This document shows positions 37,621 through 44,430 of a stretch of 64,000 nucleotides of DNA, piece after piece. Under the pieces are notes generated by a model. It saw only the letters and a program-made list of their open reading frames with translations. It ran no database searches and was not told the origin of the DNA. A program made the translations under genes and the position numbers. The stretch is from a virus: positions 1 through 64,000 of the IMG/VR virus record IMGVR_UViG_3300009008_000010, one strand, 5' to 3'. Numbering within the stretch: the stretch's first letter is position 1; each line of letters opens with the position of its first letter.

Positions 37621-38397
37621 TTATATATCATTCTCACAATGGTTTAATTTTTGGAAAGCCTCTAGTATCGGCTTTGGATTTAGTTGCTCGTTTACGCGCA
37701 CGGGAATTATTTTGGAGAATGGAGGTATTCTTGAGTTTGGGCTGACATCGCCAAATAAGCCGATGCTGTCTGTGCCAAGTGAATTTGCAATGTGTAAAGG
37801 AGCAGAGTCTACGCCTAAGAACATATTAGCAGCATTTATGATGGACATTAATTGTCGCAATGTGGTTTGGTCCCTCAAATCTAAATCTTGATTATCTAGC
37901 GGGGGTATATCGTGACCCTTGTTGCCAACAATAACTAATTTATATCCCGCCCCTTTAATTATTTGCAGAATAGGCTGCCATTCATCTTTAGGCCAAGATT
38001 GTTTTTTTCTGGGTATTTTAGGGGGTCTTTTGCCCGTGTCTACTACCACCCATTTTTCATCAGGATGAAGTATTGAAAACCCATACTTTTTCTCTTTCGA
38101 TGATAAAAAAATTCGAGGCGTTAGTTCAAGTTCTGGAAGATGGAGACGAAATTTTATTAAATATGACCGTATTGCTAGACCCTTTGATGCTTCATAAGCA
38201 TCTGTGAGGTTGAACGTTCTGCTGTTTGAGGGTTTTTCTTCTCGGAAGCCAGTTACAAGTGGGTGGTTTTTAAATATTTCAGGGTATCTGGTGGAAATGA
38301 ATATTTGGTCATATCCTATTGCACCCAATGCTCTTATTGTGGGTTCTGCAAACAGCACATCTCCAATTGCCACTCTTCTGATAATAAATGCTTTCAT
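37621..38397 (-). CDS. Glycosyltransferase family 9 (heptosyltransferase-like)
   Basis: AIGDVL, DLRDQTTLRQL, GVDSAPLHIA, IGLFG. Confidence 0.88.
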   Translation of the reverse strand: MKAFIIRRVAIGDVLFAEPTIRALGAIGYDQIFISTRYPEIFKNHPLVTGFREEKPSNSRTFNLTDAYEASKGLAIRSYLIKFRLHLPELELTPRIFLSSKEKKYGFSILHPDEKWVVVDTGKRPPKIPRKKQSWPKDEWQPILQIIKGAGYKLVIVGNKGHDIPPLDNQDLDLRDQTTLRQLMSIINAANMFLGVDSAPLHIANSLGTDSIGLFGDVSPNSRIPPFSKIIPVRVNEQLNPKPILEAFQKLNHCENDI

Positions 38398-39284
38398 AAT
38401 TCACTTATAAAAGTTCTAACCTCAGCAACAAAATCTTCCACTGTTGGGAGATTGATCTGTTTTAGAAACTCATGTCCTTCTTCTGCTCGATTAAATAAAA
38501 GGCGAGCGTCCTCAAACTTATCATAAAAAAGAGGATAGTCCGGTGTTAGGTATTCTTCTATTGACGGGTGCCGATTGACGACCAAAGGTGTATTTCTTAG
38601 AATGCATTCTACAATTATATTACTAGCACCGCAATCTATGAATTCAGCAAAAACACAACTGGATGACAACCACCTGTTTAATCTATCATTGCTGATTCTC
38701 TTTTTTATAACCACGTCATTGTCTAGTATAGGTCTTCTTAATTGAGTTCTGATTTTTGGGGGTTTTATTTTTACCTTGTTGTAGCCTTCAATGGGCGGTA
38801 GTTGATCTAATGCCAGGGAGTTTTTCAAAAAGAAGCCATATTGAAGTATTCTTTTTTGATTGTGAAATCTATCAATTGAAAACCTCCTCTCGACTGGTGG
38901 CATGGTGAATTTTAGTATTTTGTAAGGACAATCTACATGATTTGCAAAAGTTTGAGAAGATAGATAGGATTCAGCCACATACTTCGATAGGAAAATTACA
39001 CCTTTAAGGTTCTTTCGAGATCGATGCCAACACCTGGATTTTATCAGTTGTTTTCGATAAGACTTATGATTAGGGATGTGAAATACGCCCACCCAAGGAC
39101 GCCAAATAGGCTCATGTGTGTTTTTTCTTAAAAAAAAATCTGGAAAGTCCTTTAGGATTATGCTGTCTTTGGCTGTTTTAGAACTATACTCGGCCAGTCG
39201 TTTGACCAAATATGGCCATCCCGCAATGTGTTGCGTTGCATTTTCAGATCCTATTGGGCTGGTATTACCAAGATAATATTCCAT
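38394..39284 (-). CDS. Putative GT-B glycosyltransferase
   Basis: SNIIVECI.RNTP, EEYL.PDYPLF, similar to GT4-like C-terminal motifs. Confidence 0.55.
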   Translation of the reverse strand: MEYYLGNTSPIGSENATQHIAGWPYLVKRLAEYSSKTAKDSIILKDFPDFFLRKNTHEPIWRPWVGVFHIPNHKSYRKQLIKSRCWHRSRKNLKGVIFLSKYVAESYLSSQTFANHVDCPYKILKFTMPPVERRFSIDRFHNQKRILQYGFFLKNSLALDQLPPIEGYNKVKIKPPKIRTQLRRPILDNDVVIKKRISNDRLNRWLSSSCVFAEFIDCGASNIIVECILRNTPLVVNRHPSIEEYLTPDYPLFYDKFEDARLLFNRAEEGHEFLKQINLPTVEDFVAEVRTFISEL

Positions 39285-39320
39285 AGCATTATTTAGTATA
39301 TAGTATTAAAGGAGTTACCA

Positions 39321-40253
39321 ATGGGGAAGAAACACATATTTGTAATAAGCGTTATTTGCCTTTTCATTTTATTTTTTTGGAATAGTGGTGGAGCATCTGT
39401 TGATGTGCAGATTTGCCCTATTTCGGATTATGTGGCCAAAGTCCAGTGTATTCAGGAAGATTCGCCTTTTTCCATACGTCTTTTGGTTCTCAAGCATTGT
39501 TTAGAAAGCATGGCTGATGGGGATGCTAAATTAGCCATACAAGCAGCGAACGTAGCTAAATCGAGAGGATTGAGAATTAGGGATATTGGTAATCACTATG
39601 TTGATAAAAATGGGGAAATCCAAAGGGCCAGTTATGCCAATGAAATAGTCTGGGGTCAGACGCAATATTTAGACATTGATCAGTTTAAAGCGTTTGTTAA
39701 ACAACAAATGGTTGTAGGTGCTGAACCCGGTGACACTTTGGTTTTGTTTACTATTGGACATGGTAGTAAATCGGGGTATTTAGATACGCTGGGACAGAGA
39801 CCAGAAGTTATGAAGGCTTTAGCTGAAGCAGCAGAAGAGACGGAACAAGAGACGATGTGGTGGCAATTAAGTTGTTATGCTGCTGCGTCGTTGCCTGCCA
39901 TTTCCACTTTGAATGAAAACCAGCAAGATTTATTTAGCATCTGTGCTAGTTCGCCTGCTAACAGAGAGAGTCCAGCTTATGTGGAAGGCGAACACATGGA
40001 GAAGGTTTTCACTGCTATGGCAGATAGAAGCCCTGAGATTGACCCAGACCAGGATGATATGGTGGTAGCAATCGAGTTGGGTGGTTTTTTAGAAAAGAAC
40101 GCAGAGCGAGGTCGTGGCCGTTTAGTTTTTGCCAGAAGCGACCGAGAGGTTATCTTTGGTTTAAATTTTGCTCAACGCATACCTATTATCGACAGGAATA
40201 GCCCACAGAGAGAATATCCAAGAGATTATATCCCAATGCCAGAAGGAGGATAA
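39321..40253 (+). CDS. Secreted/anchored caspase-hemoglobinase-fold peptidase candidate
   Basis: Signal/TM; hydrophobic strand ending IGHG, later strand ending SCYA (His/Cys dyad pattern). Confidence 0.5.
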   Translation: MGKKHIFVISVICLFILFFWNSGGASVDVQICPISDYVAKVQCIQEDSPFSIRLLVLKHCLESMADGDAKLAIQAANVAKSRGLRIRDIGNHYVDKNGEIQRASYANEIVWGQTQYLDIDQFKAFVKQQMVVGAEPGDTLVLFTIGHGSKSGYLDTLGQRPEVMKALAEAAEETEQETMWWQLSCYAAASLPAISTLNENQQDLFSICASSPANRESPAYVEGEHMEKVFTAMADRSPEIDPDQDDMVVAIELGGFLEKNAERGRGRLVFARSDREVIFGLNFAQRIPIIDRNSPQREYPRDYIPMPEGG

Positions 40254-40254
40254 T

Positions 40255-40407
40255 ATGGCTAGATTGATTAAATCAAGTAAGGTTAAAAAGTTGAATTGGC
40301 CTGCACACACGGGCCACAGTGAGCACAAACGAGAAAAGTTTGACAGACATGGAAGGAAATGGTGTAGGGTTTGCAAGAAATACACTAATGAGTGCAAGCA
40401 CAAATAA
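40255..40407 (+). CDS. 50-aa basic zinc-finger-like protein
   Basis: AGGAGG SD; CRVC...CKH. Confidence 0.55.
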   Translation: MARLIKSSKVKKLNWPAHTGHSEHKREKFDRHGRKWCRVCKKYTNECKHK

Positions 40408-40445
40408 AAAAACCCATCGTGAGGCGTTGGGCTTCACGATGGGTT
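40406..40445 (-). terminator. Intrinsic (probably bidirectional) terminator
   Basis: AACCCATCGTGA/TCACGATGGGTT stem flanked by an A-run, between convergent genes. Confidence 0.8.
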
Positions 40446-40946
40446 AAAATTAACTACAGCTTCACAGAAATCCTTCAATTCTTGATCGTCCCATGTGTTT
40501 TTTGCATATTGGGCCATAAGCGATACAAATTGAATGTTGTCTTTCGTATATGGTTTAGATGAATCTATACGATCAAGGCTGGCTCTGTCAGGTGTTCTCG
40601 GTAAAGATTCCCTTGTGTTTTTTGGAGTTTTTAATTTCCAACCAGTGTAGGGACATTTGCCGTTTTGTTTTTCCCATTGTTTTTTTAAATCTTCTACTGT
40701 GATGAAAAACGGTTTTCTTTTGCAGTTGCGTAAGATTTTCATAAAAAAACGAAATGGAGAAAGATCGTCTGCCTTATTATCGGGGATAAGATTTTCAGGA
40801 TTGGCAGGCAGGTGTGTGTGGTTGTCTTTTCCCACACATTGAAGTGAGCAGTAATTTCTTCTTCCTAATTTTTTGCTTCGATTGACTTCTGCTTTTCTTC
40901 TTTTGAATTCTTTTCCGCAAGTTTCACAAGTTAGTTGTATGTACAT
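40434..40946 (-). CDS. Free-standing HNH-like homing endonuclease
   Basis: CETCG...YCS..C zinc motif; QNGKCPYTG, SLDRIDSSKPY..DNIQFV; start moved to MYIQL behind GGAGG. Confidence 0.75.
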   Translation of the reverse strand: MYIQLTCETCGKEFKRRKAEVNRSKKLGRRNYCSLQCVGKDNHTHLPANPENLIPDNKADDLSPFRFFMKILRNCKRKPFFITVEDLKKQWEKQNGKCPYTGWKLKTPKNTRESLPRTPDRASLDRIDSSKPYTKDNIQFVSLMAQYAKNTWDDQELKDFCEAVVNFNPS

Positions 40947-40985
40947 AAAAAACGCCTCCATGCCATTTATATAGTATGGAGGCGT
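40947..40985 (-). promoter_or_regulatory. tmRNA terminator hairpin that sequesters the HNH SD and carries a late-promoter-like motif in its loop
   Basis: Minus strand: ACGCCTCCAT-ACTATATAAATGGC-ATGGAGGCGT-TTTTT-ATG. Confidence 0.7.
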
Positions 40986-40996
40986 CAGTTTTGAAG

Positions 40997-41349
40997 TGGA
41001 GGCGGTGGGCTATGCTCCCACGTCCAGTCTATCTATCCCCAAAGCGTCTACGTGTGTAGTTTATTGCTTGTGTCTCGCTTCATGGTGTTGCAACAAACAA
41101 AAGCGCCAATCAGCCAGCAACATCTTGTCTTACTTAGGTCGTCGTTGCAGGAACCTAAGAGTGGCCAACTTTTGCGACTAGACTTCAGACCCCGTTAGCT
41201 AAGGGTTCTTTGTCCAGGGCTACTGTTACGCAGCCAGTTGAAGTGGTCTTTCGACAACTAAATTATTGATCAAGTTTTTACGTGGCCCCTTGATCAACCA
41301 CGACACGCGACTTTGGCTCAACGATACCTGTCGAACCTAATTCGCCCCC
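40997..41349 (-). ncRNA. ssrA: tmRNA (one-piece)
   Basis: 5' GGGGGCGAATTAGGTTCGAC and 3' GGACGTGGG-AGCATAG-CCCACCGCCTCCA form a tRNA-Ala-like acceptor stem with G3.U70; tag ORF (A)VERPLQLAA-stop at 41255..41226 after UAGUU; 353 nt; CCA not encoded. Confidence 0.92.
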
Positions 41350-41357
41350 GAAGTATC

Positions 41358-41687
41358 CTATTTAGTGGTTTCAGCTACAATTTTACCGTCTTCAACCTTT
41401 CTGGTCGAGTGCAAAAAAGCTGCTTCTTTACGAAGTTCTTTCATCATTGCGGCTTGAACCGGATCTTTCCACCCCACAGGGGGGGCCGCAATGAAGTCTT
41501 TGCCGTCTGCCGCTTTCCCCATTTCATCAATCTGATCCATAACAGCCGATTGTTGGGGAATGGGACATTCAGGCCCATCGCAAGGCGGCTCCTCTTTGCA
41601 TCCGGTCAGTATGACCAGCAAGGCAAGCGGAGTCAGCCAAAATAGGAAATGAGGAATTGCTTTAGTCCAAAACTCAGGCTTCGTCAT
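41358..41687 (-). CDS. Lipoprotein
   Basis: LLVILTGC lipobox; ends just upstream of the tmRNA. Confidence 0.65.
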   Translation of the reverse strand: MTKPEFWTKAIPHFLFWLTPLALLVILTGCKEEPPCDGPECPIPQQSAVMDQIDEMGKAADGKDFIAAPPVGWKDPVQAAMMKELRKEAAFLHSTRKVEDGKIVAETTK

Positions 41688-42063
41688 CTTTCAATCTTCC
41701 TGTGATTTTAAGAAAGTGCTTCCAGCGTTTGTCAAACCTCAATCTAAGTCGTTGGTATTCCTGCCATTCAGGGTCGGCGTTTCTATTTGCTTCATATTGG
41801 CGAGCTTCTTGTGAGGTCATAGCCCCTCTTGCTGCCGATTTGAAGTCTTCTTTTTGCACTACCCTTTTGAGTCTTACCTCGACTTCTACTATACCGCACC
41901 CCTTGTGGGGGGGTATAGCTTCTGGACTGGGGTATAGCGTGTTGCCAGATATGGCACCGCCGAGTTCATAATCCCAGTCTGTTTTGTCCATGAAGCAGGT
42001 GACTACATCGTTCTCGTCTCCATGTAGAGGTTCAGTAAAAACCCCCTCGTCGTGATTGATCAT
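41674..42063 (-). CDS. Hypothetical protein
   Basis: 129-aa ORF; TATAAT promoter-like element upstream. Confidence 0.65.
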   Translation of the reverse strand: MINHDEGVFTEPLHGDENDVVTCFMDKTDWDYELGGAISGNTLYPSPEAIPPHKGCGIVEVEVRLKRVVQKEDFKSAARGAMTSQEARQYEANRNADPEWQEYQRLRLRFDKRWKHFLKITGRLKDDEA

Positions 42064-42181
42064 CTGTCTGCGGCTCGACGCCGCTATTGCTAAGGTTCAT
42101 ACCTATTATAGTTGATTTTCGGCCAAAGTGAAGCCGTATCGTTTTTTTGGAAAAAATGGATACATACAGTAGAGGTTTGTC

Positions 42182-42838
42182 ATGCAATTTAAAGAATGGG
42201 TTGAAATCAGTATCGAGTTTGAGGAGTGGTTGAAAGAAAACCATCCTGAACTACTTGAGGAAGATTGGAAAGACATGCTGCGCAGAGCAGCTATGGGAGC
42301 AGCAATGGCTGGCGCTGGTGCTGGGGCAATGAATCCAGCAGATGCGGCGGCGGATCAATTTTTCCGTCAAAGACAGCCACCGGGAGTATCGGCATACGAG
42401 CGACCGGCTCAATTACCAAGGGCGGTTAGTGCAGATAGAACGCAAGGAGCGGAAGAGCCTGGACCCATTAGAGGCGAAAGTCCTATGTCGAAGAGGGCTG
42501 GTGAATCAGGGGTTGGGCTTAATGGTGAGACTTATACTATTGCGGATAATGAGACCATAAAATGGCCCAAACATAAAGCAGTGTCCCATCGAGCCAATAA
42601 CAAATTTACTATTTATTATCCTTCTGAAATGGCAGCTAAATTTAACGAAAAAACAAGACACTATTTTTTCAGTGATGCAAATAAAAGAGCGTTGAGCCAC
42701 CAGAAGGTTTACATGGGCGTTAGTGATCGATATTTAGGACATGCATCGTTTGGCGATCCTTCTTTTAAAGTGTTAGAAGATGGTAGACTTATTATTTCGT
42801 TTTCAATTGGAGGCGTTCAGAGAATAAGGATGAGATAA
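42182..42838 (+). CDS. Putative internal head protein
   Basis: MQFKEWVE...FEEWL N-terminus, Ala/Gly-rich helix; ATACATA at 42160 and GAGG SD. Confidence 0.65.
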   Translation: MQFKEWVEISIEFEEWLKENHPELLEEDWKDMLRRAAMGAAMAGAGAGAMNPADAAADQFFRQRQPPGVSAYERPAQLPRAVSADRTQGAEEPGPIRGESPMSKRAGESGVGLNGETYTIADNETIKWPKHKAVSHRANNKFTIYYPSEMAAKFNEKTRHYFFSDANKRALSHQKVYMGVSDRYLGHASFGDPSFKVLEDGRLIISFSIGGVQRIRMR

Positions 42839-42839
42839 T

Positions 42840-43232
42840 ATGAAACGAGATCCTAATAACGCTGTTCTTGCAGGAGTTTGTGCCGGGTTGGCAAAGCACC
42901 TGGGAGTCAGTGCCTTATTGATGAGAGTTATTTTTATTATAGGCACACTATGGTTAGGTGCGCCTTTGTTAATTTACATACTGCTGGCGATTTTAATGCC
43001 GCCTGAAAGAGCAGAGTTTTTTGAGAGTTTGGAGAAACTACACAGGGATGATGAAAAGGGTATGATTGGTGGCGTTTGTGCTGGTATTGCGAATGTTTCC
43101 AGTATAGATGTTACTTTAATTAGAGGGTTATGGATTATTTCGGCTATATACTTTGGCTTCGGAATTATCCCTTATGTCATTCTGTGGATTTTACTTCCAA
43201 AAAAAAGTGACGAGGCGTTAATAAATAAATAA
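42840..43232 (+). CDS. pspC: Tandem PspC-domain membrane protein
   Basis: Two copies of R...GVCAG(L/I)A...R...Y(I/V)(L/I)L...P. Confidence 0.85.
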   Translation: MKRDPNNAVLAGVCAGLAKHLGVSALLMRVIFIIGTLWLGAPLLIYILLAILMPPERAEFFESLEKLHRDDEKGMIGGVCAGIANVSSIDVTLIRGLWIISAIYFGFGIIPYVILWILLPKKSDEALINK

Positions 43233-43257
43233 ACTAAAAGTTTGAGGGTGGCGAATT

Positions 43258-44394
43258 ATGTCTTATAGATCATTCACTGAATACTTAGATACTAAAAATC
43301 ACAACGGCAAGGGTAAAATGGTTGAAAAGCCTTCTACGGAGGAGGTTCCAGATTTTAAAGGGAAGCCTAATCCCGAAGGCAATGAGCCGTGTAAATGTAA
43401 AAACATCAAGGATAATCAAGTTGTCGAAACGATGACTAAATTTAAAGAGTACCTTGATGGTAATGGTAAAATGAAAAAGCCAACAGTGGCTTTAAATGTG
43501 AATTTTCCGAAACAGGATTCGCCACCTTCTCAATCTATGCCGCCCGCTCCAGGTCTTGGTCAAGGTAAACCAGCACCTTATACACCGAAGAAGGGTGGTA
43601 AGGCAGGAGAAAAAGGTTTTGCTGATCAAGGGTGTTGCCCAGCTTACGAACCAGATACAAAAAATGCACCCGCTCCTAAAGAGTCTTTGCCCAAATCAGG
43701 TGGCGGCGGGAAACAACCGCAGATAGAAGCCGTAACTGAAATGAGTTTGGCGGAAATGACCTCTTATATTAATGAGCAAAATTATGAGCCAGATGGTTCG
43801 TTTGCTCCCCCAATGGTTACGGCGTATATGCCTGGGAAGTTTATGCCAGATCCAGTTGAGGCGATTGATTACGTGACGCACTTAGCCGCCGTTAATCCCG
43901 CTTTGATGGAAACCATGATTCGTGCTCTAAAATACAAAACCAGTATGGGTTATATTGTCAGCGAAATGGCGAAACATCCCGAAACCTTCAAAGAATTGGC
44001 CGCACTTTTAGAGAGCGAAGATGGACTGAAATATGCTGGTTCTCTTTGTAGGTCTATGAATGATCTTTATTCTAATTACATGGAACAGTTTGAGTCTTTA
44101 AACGAATCCGCTCTTTCTCCCCCTCTAGGAGCCGATGATGAAGATGATGAAGAACTGGATGATGAGTTAGAAGATGATGACGAAGAAGGTGATGAAGATT
44201 TAGGTGATGAAGAAGACGAAGAGGGCGAAGATGAAAACGATCCGTTCGCTGGCGGCGAAGAAGGCCCAGTGCCACCACCTAAAAAGAAGCCCAAAAAACG
44301 TTTTGGACATAATAATATGATTGACGCTATGGGCGGTCATGGACACATGTTGGATGCCATGAAAGGCATGTGTAAACGTTGTGGGGTAATGTAG
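43258..44394 (+). CDS. Large acidic/Pro-rich late protein, putative internal head or scaffold-like protein
   Basis: Twice-repeated (S/K)F(T/K)EYLD..NGK motif, long D/E tract; ATAAATA at 43221. Confidence 0.65.
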   Translation: MSYRSFTEYLDTKNHNGKGKMVEKPSTEEVPDFKGKPNPEGNEPCKCKNIKDNQVVETMTKFKEYLDGNGKMKKPTVALNVNFPKQDSPPSQSMPPAPGLGQGKPAPYTPKKGGKAGEKGFADQGCCPAYEPDTKNAPAPKESLPKSGGGGKQPQIEAVTEMSLAEMTSYINEQNYEPDGSFAPPMVTAYMPGKFMPDPVEAIDYVTHLAAVNPALMETMIRALKYKTSMGYIVSEMAKHPETFKELAALLESEDGLKYAGSLCRSMNDLYSNYMEQFESLNESALSPPLGADDEDDEELDDELEDDDEEGDEDLGDEEDEEGEDENDPFAGGEEGPVPPPKKKPKKRFGHNNMIDAMGGHGHMLDAMKGMCKRCGVM

Positions 44395-44422
44395 TTGAAA
44401 AATAGGTTCCATTTGCTATAAT
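44395..44422 (+). promoter_or_regulatory. Sigma70-type promoter of the DnaE C-terminal gene
   Basis: TTGAAA-16 bp-TATAAT with extended -10 TG. Confidence 0.6.
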
Positions 44423-44430
44423 TAACTTCT

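Noticed and set aside
40996-41645. Plus-strand ORFs 40996..41181 and 41313..41645, and a possible tRNA at ~41000
   Set aside because: They are antisense to the tmRNA and lipoprotein gene; the tRNA-like arm is the tmRNA 3' end.
44130-44240. GAT/GAA-rich repeat tract (also 59140-59310)
   Set aside because: Explained by Asp/Glu low-complexity coding sequence; the overlapping Ser- or His-rich antisense ORFs are artefacts.
34845-44430. Intron or intein explanation for the dnaE split
   Set aside because: The intervening 9.6 kb holds many genes on both strands plus tmRNA; both halves have their own start and stop; no Hint motifs or intron core were recognised.
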